From Flavobacteriales bacterium (GTDB lineage Bacteria > Bacteroidota > Bacteroidia > Flavobacteriales > UJ101), in contig OZ253556.1 of the NCBI GenBank assembly GCA_965262705.1, positions 863,559-887,558 of the forward strand: a stretch of DNA of 24,000 nucleotides, read 5' to 3'. The notes below the pieces were generated by a model. It did not search any database and was not told where the DNA came from. It saw only the letters and a program-made list of their open reading frames with translations. A program made the position numbers and the translations under genes. Below are positions 1 to 7,920 of this stretch, piece by piece. The first letter of the stretch is position 1. Every line of letters begins with the position of its first letter.

Positions 1-1222
1 AAAGAGCAGAACTGATGCATAAGCTAGCTAAAGTTTTAGAAAAAAATAAAGAGATGTATGCCCGATTGGCAACTTGCGAGATGGGAAAAGTAATTAATCA
101 ATCCAGAAAAGAAATAGAAAAATGCGCATTGATTTGTCGGTTTTATGCTGATAATGCTGATCGGTTTTTAGCAAATGAAACGGTAGAGACTGAGGCTTCA
201 AAAAGCTATATTACTTTTATGCCTATGGGCGTAATCTTAGCCATAATGCCATGGAATTTTCCTTTCTATCAGTTAATTCGTTTTGCTGCGCCGGCACTCA
301 TGGCTGAAAACACAGCAGTACTAAAACATGCTTCAAACGTTCAGGGAGTAGCCTTTGCACTAGAAGAGGCTTTTGAGAAGGCAGGCTTCCCAAAAGAAGT
401 ATTCATCAACTTAAACATTACCACAAAAGATGTAAAACCTATCATTGAAGACCCCAATATTGTTGCGGTTACTTTAACCGGGAGTGAAATTGCCGGACGT
501 TCAGTAGCCTCAATAGTCGGTCAGAACCTAAAAAAAACAGTAATGGAACTAGGGGGTAGTGATGCTTATATTATTTTAGATGATATTAATTTGGAGCAAG
601 CAACCGATTTGGCAACTTTTGGACGACTTCAAAATACAGGACAAACCTGCATTGCAGCTAAGCGATTTATAATATTAAAAAATATATATGAAAAATTTTT
701 ATTACGGTTTACTGAAAAAGCGGCAAAAATGGGATACCCAATGGATGAGACCTCCTACTATGGCTCAATGGCACGAATTGATCTTCGCGATGAGTTGCAC
801 GAACAGGTAAAAAAACGATTAAACAAGGAGGAAGATTAGTGCTGGGAGGGAAAATACCCGATAGGAAAGGAGCATATTATCCAGCCACTATTCTAACTGA
901 AATAATTCCTGGAATGGAAGCCTTTGATAACGAACTTTTTGGACCGGTAGCCTCTGTCATTAAAGCAAAAGATGAAGCACATGCTATTAAATTAGCTAAC
1001 TGTTCACAGTTTGGATTAGGCTCAGGGGTTATAACAGGGAATAGAGAACGAGGTGAAAAAATAGCGCTACAGTTAGAAGCAGGAAGCAGTTTTGTTAATA
1101 AATTAGTGGTTTCAGACCCTCGTATGCCCTTTGGAGGAACAAAAAATAGTGGGTATGGTCGTGAGTTATCAAGTTATGGAATTCGAGAGTTTGTTAATGT
1201 AAAATCAGTATGGTTAGAATAA
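1..1222 (+). pseudogene. NAD(P)+-dependent aldehyde dehydrogenase (succinate-semialdehyde dehydrogenase-like); 5' end outside the window; reading frame broken once
   Basis: ORFs 15-839 and 839-1222 together read as one ALDH-superfamily protein (MPWNFPFYQ, ELGGSDA, GQTCIAAKR, PFGGTKNSGYGRE). The frame stays open back to base 3, so the true start is upstream of the window. ORF1 ends ...VKKRLNKEED*. Over the same bases the frame of ORF2 reads TIKQGGRLVLGGKIPDRKG, so the protein would be continuous if the A7 run at 809-815 were A8. Confidence 0.85.
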
Positions 1223-1248
1223 ATTCTTAAAAAAGAAGTTAGTATCGT

Positions 1249-1304
1249 GATAATTTTGCAAAAAGCACTTTGGAAGCTTACAAGTCAGCACTGGCTAAAG
1301 ATTT
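1249..1304. repeat. degenerate member of the GAGACCGTTGCA-ended repeat family
   Basis: TTGCAAAAAGCACTTTGG (1256-1273) matches the T2 terminus GTTGCAAAAAGCACTTTAGC. CTTACAAGTCAGCACTGGCTAAAGAT (1277-1302) matches the complement of GAGACCTTTAGCTTAGCTGACTTGCAG seen at 11067. The GAGACC ends are eroded. Confidence 0.5.
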
Positions 1305-1367
1305 AATAAATTTTACCTCTAAATCGTGCTAAATTTATATCTTTGACTGAAATATTGTATTTTAATA

Positions 1368-1955
1368 ATGAAGAAACCGCTTTTGAGATATATTAGTTTA
1401 ATTTTAATGCTTTTATTTATACGATGCAGCAATATTAATAATTATATAAATAGAGATTACGTATTAAAAACGTACAAGGATAAAAAAGGTAATAAAAACA
1501 TTATTGGAAAATTTTCAATAGAAGATTTATTGAAAACTCCCGAATTTTCAATTTGGTATCACCAGGAATATGAAAATTATACAGTGGCCCCATTTTTTAA
1601 ACAAAATAAAAGAGCTCTTCAAAAACTATTTAGACATAAAATTGTTAGTATATTTATGGGCACATGGTGCAGCGATAGCAAGCGAGAAGTGCCAAGATTT
1701 ATGAAAATAATCGATTTTTTGGAAATTCCCCGCAGCCATATTATATTGATTGGAGTTAATCACCAAAAACAAACGTTTAATGGAGAAGAATTAGGAAAAA
1801 ATATTACAAAAGTTCCTACCTTTATTTTTTATAAAAAAGATGTGATTCGTCGTAAATTTATTGAAATAGGACGTATTGTAGAATCGCCGGTAAAATCCTT
1901 AGAAAAAGATATTTACAAAATTCTTTCTGCTAAGGGTTACGATAGCCGCCATTAA
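1368..1955 (+). CDS. exported thioredoxin-fold protein (TlpA/thioredoxin-like, WCxxS variant)
   Basis: Hydrophobic N-terminal signal ending in a Cys (LMLLFIRCSN). Thioredoxin-like active-site context FMGTWCSDSKREVP, with Ser in place of the second Cys, followed by VPTFIFY. ATG start, 195 aa. Confidence 0.6.
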   Translation: MKKPLLRYISLILMLLFIRCSNINNYINRDYVLKTYKDKKGNKNIIGKFSIEDLLKTPEFSIWYHQEYENYTVAPFFKQNKRALQKLFRHKIVSIFMGTWCSDSKREVPRFMKIIDFLEIPRSHIILIGVNHQKQTFNGEELGKNITKVPTFIFYKKDVIRRKFIEIGRIVESPVKSLEKDIYKILSAKGYDSRH

Positions 1956-2026
1956 ACGAAGAATATATAAAGAAGCCCTAACTTGCTGTGAGATGATCGA
2001 TATCTAAAATCATTTCTTTTCATAAG

Positions 2027-4387
2027 ATGTTTTCAATATACAAAAAAGAATTAAAACAATTTTTCGGCAATAGCTCCGGATATATCATACTCAGTATTTT
2101 TTTAATTTTTTGCGGGCTATATTTATTTTTCTTTGAAACTGAGTTTAATATATTCAATAATCATTATGCCTCATTAAATAACTTTTTTACGCTTGCTCCA
2201 TGGGGGCTTATTTTTATCATTCCGGCATTCACCATGCACTCTTTTGCAGGAGAAAAACAAGCGGGCACACTCGAATTATTGTTTGCGCAGCCTTTATCAA
2301 AAATACAAATTGTTTTTGCCAAGTATATCGCTGTTTTAACCGCTGTTTTAATGACTCTTTTGTTAACGGTTTGCTACGTTTACAGCTTACAGGAATTGGT
2401 TTATTTTTCTGGTAAATTGGACACCGGGGTTATTTTTTCGGGCTATCTTGGGCTATTATTGCTGTCTAGTTGCTTTAGTGCCGTCGGTGTTTACATTTCA
2501 GCGATTACAAAAAACAGTATAGCGGCTTATTTGGTAACGATTTTTATTTGTTTCTTTCTGTACTTTGGCTTTATCAATCTGGCTTCTTATAATCTTTTAG
2601 GTACGTATGACTATTGGGTAGCACAGATCGGATTATTTTCTCATTATGAGAAGTTTATAAAGGGGATTTTAAGTATAAAGAGTTTTTTTTATATAAGTTT
2701 TCTTAGTCTTTTTTTTCTTCTATCAGCTTATTGTTTTCTAAAATCAACCCGAAAGAAATATCTATTGCTAATCTATCTTTTTTTATTATTCTCAATGCTT
2801 TTTTTTTCTAATTTAAGCCGTTTAGATTTAACACAGGATAAACGATATACCTTGACAAATATTACAGAGAAAATCATGAAAAAAGTTGAGTTTCCTGTCA
2901 AAATAGAAGTTTATTTAAAAGGAAAATTTCCGGCAGATTTAAGAAATTTTAATACAGAAATTAAACGGCAATTACAAGAATTACAGCAAATTAACCCCAA
3001 AATTAAATTTCAGTTTATCGATCCGTTTAAAAGCACACAAACCATCAACATTCTCAAAAAATATAAAATAAACCCTATAGTAAAACGAATTAGAACGGAT
3101 GAAGGTAAGCAGGAGTTTTATATTTACCCTTATGCAAGAGTCATTTACCAAAAGAAGCAACTTATTTTTCCATTGATTAAAGACCTTAATCTGCCAGTGA
3201 AGAGCAATATTGAAAATCTCGAATTTAATTTCACCAAAGCAATCTCGGAACTTATACAAACAAAAAAGAAAAAAATCGGCATTTTAACGCATCACGGGGA
3301 GTTTGACCCCGCCACTCACAAAGTTTTTATTAATAACTTAGAGAATAAGTATGAGGTAATGGCATTTACTCCTCAGTCAAGGGATAAACTCAGCCCTGAA
3401 GAAGCCCGCTCATTCCAGCGGTTTGATGCTCTATTGATTGTAAAGCCTAAAACGAAGTTTACGGATACCGATCGAGAAGCAATAGACCAATATATTATGA
3501 ACGGGGGAAAAACTTTATGGCTTATTGATGGAGTAAACACGGAAATAGACAGCCTTTCAAAAACTGGAAACTCTATTGTGTTAGCAAGGGATTTAGGGCT
3601 AACTCCTCTGCTTTTCAAATATGGCATTCGCATAAATCATGATTTAATACAGGATTATTCACAATGTGCTGCTATAAGTTTAATTACAGATCAATATAAT
3701 GGTAAGCCGGTTTTTACTGATTTTAAATGGGCTTACTATCCGCTTAGTAATTATTCGCCGACCCATCATCCTATAGTGAAAAACATAGCGCCGGTTCGAT
3801 TTGAATTTGTCAGTACAATAGATACATTAAGCGCACCCAGCATCAAAAAAACAATATTATTAACGACTTCTCGTAAGACTTTTGTACAGGGAACGCTTAC
3901 CCGAGTCGATTTAAATTCTGTAAACATTGAACCCGATTTATCTAAATTCCGACAAAAGAATAAAATCATGGCGGTTTTATTAGAAGGGAAATTTTCATCC
4001 GCGTTTACCCATCGAGTTCATTCTTTTAATTTTCCATATAAAAATCTTTCATCCGAAAATAAAATGATTATGGTTTCAGACGGAGATATAGCTAAGAATA
4101 CGCCGACCAAAAAATCAAAAGAAAAGGCGATAATTGGAGGCGATCGAAGTGGAAGATTATATGGGAATAAAGATTTTTTAATGAATAGCATTGACTATCT
4201 ACTAGATAACAACCATCTTTTTTTACTTAAAAATAAAACCTTTGATGTTCAACTATTAGACCCGGCTAAGCTGCAGGTTAGCAAGTCTTATTATAAGTGG
4301 TTCAACCTAATCGTTCCATTGGCTTTACTGTGGCTAATAGGAGTTATTTGTATGTATTATCGTTATTGGAAATACGAAAAATCTTAA
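2027..4387 (+). CDS. gldFG: gliding-motility ABC transporter: GldF-like ABC-2 permease (about aa 1-240) fused in frame to a GldG-like domain (about aa 241-786)
   Basis: The N-terminal third is a multi-TM ABC-2 permease (GEKQAGTLELLFAQP). An uninterrupted frame then runs through a TM segment into LDLTQDKRYTLTN..., the typical GldG N-terminus. It ends in a C-terminal TM anchor (LIVPLALLWLIGVICMYY). Single 786-aa ORF. Confidence 0.75.
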   Translation: MFSIYKKELKQFFGNSSGYIILSIFLIFCGLYLFFFETEFNIFNNHYASLNNFFTLAPWGLIFIIPAFTMHSFAGEKQAGTLELLFAQPLSKIQIVFAKYIAVLTAVLMTLLLTVCYVYSLQELVYFSGKLDTGVIFSGYLGLLLLSSCFSAVGVYISAITKNSIAAYLVTIFICFFLYFGFINLASYNLLGTYDYWVAQIGLFSHYEKFIKGILSIKSFFYISFLSLFFLLSAYCFLKSTRKKYLLLIYLFLLFSMLFFSNLSRLDLTQDKRYTLTNITEKIMKKVEFPVKIEVYLKGKFPADLRNFNTEIKRQLQELQQINPKIKFQFIDPFKSTQTINILKKYKINPIVKRIRTDEGKQEFYIYPYARVIYQKKQLIFPLIKDLNLPVKSNIENLEFNFTKAISELIQTKKKKIGILTHHGEFDPATHKVFINNLENKYEVMAFTPQSRDKLSPEEARSFQRFDALLIVKPKTKFTDTDREAIDQYIMNGGKTLWLIDGVNTEIDSLSKTGNSIVLARDLGLTPLLFKYGIRINHDLIQDYSQCAAISLITDQYNGKPVFTDFKWAYYPLSNYSPTHHPIVKNIAPVRFEFVSTIDTLSAPSIKKTILLTTSRKTFVQGTLTRVDLNSVNIEPDLSKFRQKNKIMAVLLEGKFSSAFTHRVHSFNFPYKNLSSENKMIMVSDGDIAKNTPTKKSKEKAIIGGDRSGRLYGNKDFLMNSIDYLLDNNHLFLLKNKTFDVQLLDPAKLQVSKSYYKWFNLIVPLALLWLIGVICMYYRYWKYEKS

Positions 4388-4394
4388 GCTATTT

Positions 4395-4470
4395 GAGACC
4401 GTTCAAAAAATACTCTATCAACTAAACGGCAAATCAGCGAAAGCTAATTTACAATATCATGCTAAAAAGG
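4395..4470 (+). repeat. degenerate repeat-family member 7 nt after the gldFG stop
   Basis: GAGACCGTTCAAAAAATACTCTATCAACTAAACGGCAAATCAGCGAAAGCTAAT parallels 7548 (GAGACCGTTGCAACAAACACGCTATCAATTGCACGTCAGCGAAGCGAT) and 20685-20715. The distal boundary is unclear. Confidence 0.5.
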
Positions 4471-4614
4471 TATCCCCTCTTGAGGATAGTTGAGAGAAAA
4501 TTATTCCTTAATGCAAACTTCGGAAAAGAGTATTGCTAAAGCAAGAAAAAATGCCTACGGCTAATATACAATTACCTATAAAAAATTAAATTCTTAATGA
4601 TGTTTATACGATTT

Positions 4615-4796
4615 GAGACCGTTGCAGAATATATAAAAAAGTATGAAAAAGAAAGCAGCTCGCTTCAAACTGCTTCCTTCTCAAAAAATTAAAATCCTCC
4701 ACACCCAAAAGGTTGCTCTGGTGTTTAATTTTTATCGGGCGTTACATTTCGACAGGCTCAATACAAGCATTTTTTTGTTAAAGTGCTTTTTGCAAC
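4615..4796 (+). repeat. long (about 182 bp) repeat-family member, T1 end - core - T2 end, with its last 6 nt cut off by an IS3 end
   Basis: Starts GAGACCGTTGCAGAATATATAAAAAAGTATGAAAAAGAAAGC. The core at 4663-4747 is nearly identical to 23243-23325 and to the complement of 15861-15944. It ends ...AAAGTGCTTTTTGCAAC, where GGTCTC is replaced by TGTAAG of the IS remnant. Confidence 0.85.
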
Positions 4797-4863
4797 TGTA
4801 AGTCCACCTACACTAGCTACGTTCTAATTTATACAAATTTCATTATTTTTTATGTTTTCAAAT
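4797..4863 (-). mobile_element. solo right-end remnant of the IS3-family element found intact-length at 20947-22163
   Basis: 4797-4860 (TGTAAGTCCACCTACACTAGCTACGTTCTAATTTATACAAATTTCATTATTTTTTATGTTTTCA) is the reverse complement of 22101-22163. The inner 47 nt are identical; the outer about 17 nt are diverged with a 1-nt indel. It covers the IR plus the last codons of orfB, and similarity stops about 3 nt later. Confidence 0.85.
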
Positions 4864-4904
4864 TTTTCTGTAAAAAAATATTTTTGCGTGGGTCTAAAAA
4901 AAAT

Positions 4905-4935
4905 ATTTATTTTTGCAAATTATTTTTGCAAAAAA
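4905..4935 (+). promoter_or_regulatory. candidate promoter/operator of the mntR-mntH pair
   Basis: Two TATTTTTG boxes (4908-4915, 4921-4928) fit the Bacteroidota -7 consensus TAnnTTTG; the second lies 17 nt before the ATG at 4946. Each overlaps the 8-bp palindrome TTTGCAAA (4912-4919, 4925-4932), and the two are 13 bp apart. Confidence 0.35.
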
Positions 4936-4945
4936 TATATTATTT

Positions 4946-5605
4946 ATGTTTTCAAAGTCAGAAGAAAATTACCTGAAAGCCATCTACACGCTATCATCGG
5001 AAAAGAAAGATAAGGTAAATACCAATATAATCGCAGAAAAAATGAAAACCAAAGCTTCTTCCGTTACGGACATGATACGAAAACTATCAGAAAAAGATTT
5101 ATTGGTTTATGAAAAATATAAGGGCGTTAAGTTATCTGAAAAAGGCAAAAAAGCCGCCATTAATATCGTAAGAAAGCACCGGATTTGGGAGACATTTCTT
5201 GTAAAAAAATTAAATTTTGGCTGGGATGAAGTACACGAAATAGCCGAACAATTAGAGCATGTGCAATCCGACAAATTGATTAACCGACTAGAAGAATTTT
5301 TATGTTTTCCTGAGAGAGATCCTCATGGAGAACTTATTCCGGATAAATCAGGAAATATCCAACCTACTTTAAAAACTTTACTTAGTGAATTACAACCCGG
5401 CGAAAAAGGCATTTTAATTAGTGTAAAAAATTCTTCTAAAGAATTCCTGCAATATTTAGATACTTTAAAAATAATCATTGGGGCAAAACTAACTGTTGTT
5501 TCAAAAAATGCTTTTGACCATTCAATGTGCATTAAGTTAGAGCACAGAGAAATCCATATTTCCCAATCCGTATCCAATAATTTATACATTGAGACCCTTG
5601 TATAA
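4946..5605 (+). CDS. mntR: DtxR/MntR-family metal-dependent transcriptional repressor with C-terminal FeoA/SH3-like domain
   Basis: MFSKSEENYLKAIY... winged-helix N-terminus. HRIWETFLV...WDEVHEIAEQLEH metal-binding/dimerisation region. C-terminal GEKGILISV...GAKLTV. I prefer the ATG at 4946 to the tracked TTG at 4913, because family members start at the SxxxEdYLK motif. Confidence 0.85.
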   Translation: MFSKSEENYLKAIYTLSSEKKDKVNTNIIAEKMKTKASSVTDMIRKLSEKDLLVYEKYKGVKLSEKGKKAAINIVRKHRIWETFLVKKLNFGWDEVHEIAEQLEHVQSDKLINRLEEFLCFPERDPHGELIPDKSGNIQPTLKTLLSELQPGEKGILISVKNSSKEFLQYLDTLKIIIGAKLTVVSKNAFDHSMCIKLEHREIHISQSVSNNLYIETLV

Positions 5606-5625
5606 TAAATAAAAAAGTATGAGTA

Positions 5626-7533
5626 ATGAATAGAATTAAAGGGAAGTCATTAGATGAGGTTCATGAATCAGTATCGGTTATGCAGAACGGCTCTACCTGG
5701 AGAAAGATACTCGCTTTTTTTGGACCTGCTTATATGGTTAGTGTGGGTTATATGGACCCTGGAAACTGGGCAACGGATATTGCCGGAGGAAGTCAATACG
5801 GATACCAGCTTATCTGGGTATTGCTCATGTCTAATATTATGGCACTTCTATTACAGAGCCTTAGCGCTCGTCTGGGTATCGTAAAGGGGCGCGATCTGGC
5901 ACAGGCTTCCCAGGAGACCTATCCTTCATTTATAAATTTTATATTATATATTTTGGCTGAAATAGCCATCGTTGCCATGGATCTGGCAGAAGTACTCGGA
6001 ATGGCTATCGGGCTGAATTTGCTCTTCAACATCCCTATGGTGTATGGTGTAATCATCACAGCATTAGATACCTTTTTGCTTTTATTTTTAATTAATAAAG
6101 GCATCCGAAAAATGGAAGCATTCATTATTGCTTTAATTGTAATTATAGGATTATCCTTTCTTGCAGAAATGATTTTTTCTCAACCGAATATAGTTGAAAT
6201 TTTAAAAGGATTTCTTCCTACTCTGCCAGACAAAAATCCGCAATTTCCTCAAGGAGATACCTCATTGTATATTGCCATTGGGATTATCGGAGCAACGGTA
6301 ATGCCGCATAATTTGTATTTACATTCTTCTTTAGTACAAACAAGAAAAATTAATCGTACGTTCAAAGGAATTAAACAGGCTTTAAAATATAATTTTTTTG
6401 ACTCATTAATTGCGCTTAATCTTGCTTTTTTTGTTAATGCTGCCATATTAGTGCTTGCAGCAGCCACTTTTTATAAAATAGGAAAGTACAGTGTTGAAGA
6501 GATACAAGATGCCTATAAATGGTTAGAACCTCTTTTGGGAACAAAATTAGCGCCGATGCTTTTCGCTGTAGCGCTTATTGCTGCCGGACAAAGCAGTACC
6601 ATTACCGGAACATTAGCGGGGCAAATTGTAATGGAAGGTCATCTTAATATACGCATACAGCCCTGGATAAGGCGAATTATTACCCGATTACTCGCGATTA
6701 TCCCCGCTTTATTTACCATTGTTTACTTTGGAATGAGTGCAACGGGCGAACTGCTGGTCTTTAGCCAGGTAATATTAAGCCTGCAACTGGGTTTTGCTAT
6801 TGTTCCGCTGATTCACTTTGTAAGCAGTAAAAAGAAGATGGGAAAATTTGCTATTAATCTCCCGACAAAGCTTGTTTCATGGGTTATTGCTTCAGTCATC
6901 ATTGCACTCAATGTAAAACTCGTTTTCGACGAAATAGTTGATTCACTTAAAAACCCCGAGTATTCGATTTATATATGGATTTTTGCTGTACCCGCAGCTG
7001 TCGGAGCATTTATTCTACTTTTATATACTATTTTTGAGCCGGTTTTATTCTCTACAAAACGAGTAGTAAAGTTAGTGCCTCATACCGATAAAATTCAATT
7101 TGAAGATGATTTAGCCCCAATGCGTTATCACCATATTGCGCTTACTCTCGACTTTTCAGAGGTTGACCAAATAGGCATTTCCCGCGCCTTACAACTCGGC
7201 AGAAAAGAAGCAAAATATACCTTAATTCACGTAGTAGAAACTGCCGGGGCATTAGTTCTTGGACGTGAAATAGACGATTATGAAACAGAAAGCGACATAA
7301 GCCGCCTTAAAAAATATCAGCAAATTTTAGAAGCCAAAGGATATAAAGTAACGACTGAAATAGGCTTTGGAAACCCCAAAAAAGAAATTGCCGCGATTAT
7401 CAATAAAAATAATTTTGATATTTTGGTCATGGGTGCACATGGGCATTCAGGAATAAAAGACCTTATTTTTGGAACTACTGTGGATAGTGTTCGCCATCGG
7501 GTTCGTATTCCTGTAATGATCGTTCAGAATTAA
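5626..7533 (+). CDS. mntH: Nramp-family divalent metal (Mn2+/Fe2+) transporter MntH with a C-terminal universal stress protein (USP) domain
   Basis: Nramp hallmark VGYMDPGNWATDIAGG and MPHNLYLHS with about 11-12 TM segments up to about aa 480. From about aa 500 there is a USP fold (HIALTLDFSE...LIHVVE...ILVMGAHGHSGIKDLIFGTTVDSVRHRVRIPVMIV) with the G-x2-G-x9-G-[ST] ATP-binding motif. It starts 20 nt after the mntR stop. Confidence 0.9.
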   Translation: MNRIKGKSLDEVHESVSVMQNGSTWRKILAFFGPAYMVSVGYMDPGNWATDIAGGSQYGYQLIWVLLMSNIMALLLQSLSARLGIVKGRDLAQASQETYPSFINFILYILAEIAIVAMDLAEVLGMAIGLNLLFNIPMVYGVIITALDTFLLLFLINKGIRKMEAFIIALIVIIGLSFLAEMIFSQPNIVEILKGFLPTLPDKNPQFPQGDTSLYIAIGIIGATVMPHNLYLHSSLVQTRKINRTFKGIKQALKYNFFDSLIALNLAFFVNAAILVLAAATFYKIGKYSVEEIQDAYKWLEPLLGTKLAPMLFAVALIAAGQSSTITGTLAGQIVMEGHLNIRIQPWIRRIITRLLAIIPALFTIVYFGMSATGELLVFSQVILSLQLGFAIVPLIHFVSSKKKMGKFAINLPTKLVSWVIASVIIALNVKLVFDEIVDSLKNPEYSIYIWIFAVPAAVGAFILLLYTIFEPVLFSTKRVVKLVPHTDKIQFEDDLAPMRYHHIALTLDFSEVDQIGISRALQLGRKEAKYTLIHVVETAGALVLGREIDDYETESDISRLKKYQQILEAKGYKVTTEIGFGNPKKEIAAIINKNNFDILVMGAHGHSGIKDLIFGTTVDSVRHRVRIPVMIVQN

Positions 7534-7547
7534 TTATTTAAAAAGTT

Positions 7548-7639
7548 GAGACCGTTGCAACAAACACGCTATCAATTGCACGTCAGCGAAGCGATATGCC
7601 TTCTTTTTTATACTTTTTTATATATTCTGCAACGGTCTC
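7548..7639. repeat. 92-bp MITE-like repeat-family member with perfect 12-bp terminal inverted repeats
   Basis: GAGACCGTTGCAACAAACACGCTATCAATTGCACGTCAGCGAAGCGATATGCCTTCTTTTTTATACTTTTTTATATATTCTGCAACGGTCTC. It begins 14 nt after the mntH stop. Confidence 0.9.
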
Positions 7640-7684
7640 TTTTAACTTTTACGTGGGCTTACAATTTTCCTAATCATTCCCCTG

Positions 7685-7715
7685 AAAAAACAAATCCATT
7701 GATAATCAATGGATT
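7685..7715 (-). terminator. rho-independent terminator of tRNA-Ser
   Basis: On the minus strand, 13 nt after the tRNA 3' end, there is a perfect 11-bp stem AATCCATTGAT/ATCAATGGATT (7693-7703 / 7705-7715) followed by TTTGTTTTTT. Confidence 0.75.
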
Positions 7716-7728
7716 GTGATATATTTTG

Positions 7729-7812
7729 CGGAGAGACGGGGATTCGAACCCCGGCAACAATTTCTCGTTGACAGATTAGCAATCTGCTGCATTACCACTC
7801 TGCCACCTCTCC
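7729..7812 (-). tRNA. tRNA-Ser (anticodon GCU)
   Basis: 84-nt cloverleaf on the minus strand. Acceptor GGAGAGG/TCTCTCC; D-arm GCA-GAGTGGTAA-TGC; anticodon stem GCAGA/TCTGT with loop TTGCTAA (anticodon GCT); long variable arm CAAC...GTTG; T-arm CGGGG-TTCGAAT-CCCCG; discriminator G. CCA is not encoded. A TACATTTG box (complement of 7847-7854) upstream fits TAnnTTTG. Confidence 0.92.
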
Positions 7813-7920
7813 TAAACCCAAAATGAACCTTAAAATAAAACGAATGCAAATGTAAAATATCAGCACGAACTTAGCAAGTTTTTATTCAAAATTTCTAAAA
7901 TACTTATCTGAAAGTATTTT

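Noticed and set aside
1960-2022. GAATATATAAAGAAG (1965-1979) and TTTCTTTTCATA (2012-2023) resemble T1 in forward and reverse orientation, possibly another tiny eroded family member upstream of gldFG.
   Set aside because: The matches are short, AT-rich and lack any GAGACCGTTGCA terminus, so they cannot be told apart from chance. I mention it only as possible debris.
2200-3969. Tracked ORFs 2200-2415 (+), 2981-3259 (-), 3373-3633 (-) and 3766-3969 (-) inside gldFG.
   Set aside because: They lie entirely within, and out of frame with or antisense to, a long well-supported CDS. The sequences are low-complexity with no recognisable motifs.
4643-4801. A 52-codon ORF inside the long repeat (MKKKAARFKLLPSQKIKILHTQKVALVFNFYRALHFDRLNTSIFLLKCFLQL), considered as a possible repeat-encoded small protein.
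   Set aside because: The frame is not conserved in other copies. The inverted copy at 15828-15991 stops after 22 codons, 23197-23380 lacks the ATG in that frame, and 7921 has the start region deleted. The conservation is at nucleotide level, not protein level.
4913-4945. TTG start codons proposed by the ORF track for mntR (4913) and polA (8186).
   Set aside because: Downstream ATGs (4946, 8210) give N-termini matching the conserved family starts. The TTG extensions run through promoter-like AT-rich sequence.
5606-5625. I looked for a Mn2+ (yybP-ykoY-type) riboswitch or other leader upstream of mntH.
   Set aside because: The mntR-mntH spacer is only 20 nt, and the region upstream of mntR is occupied by repeat and IS debris with no recognisable riboswitch architecture.
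5323-6467. Tracked ORFs 5323-5589 (-), 5654-5884 (+), 5919-6125 (-) and 6249-6467 (-) overlapping mntR/mntH.
   Set aside because: They are shadow ORFs of AT-rich coding sequence with no family resemblance.
7548-7639. GGTCTC/GAGACC is the BsaI type IIS recognition site, raising the possibility of engineered (Golden Gate-style) DNA.
   Set aside because: The motif is always embedded in a longer conserved 12-17-mer, occurs in eroded variants, and bounds a decayed natural IS. That pattern fits a native repeat family, not cloning scars.
7653-7663. GTGGGCTTACA resembles the extreme IS3 right end (GGGGGCTTACA at 22153-22163), which could be a third IS3 end remnant.
   Set aside because: Only about 9-11 nt match, with no extension into the subterminal sequence. 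That is too short to separate from chance in this context.
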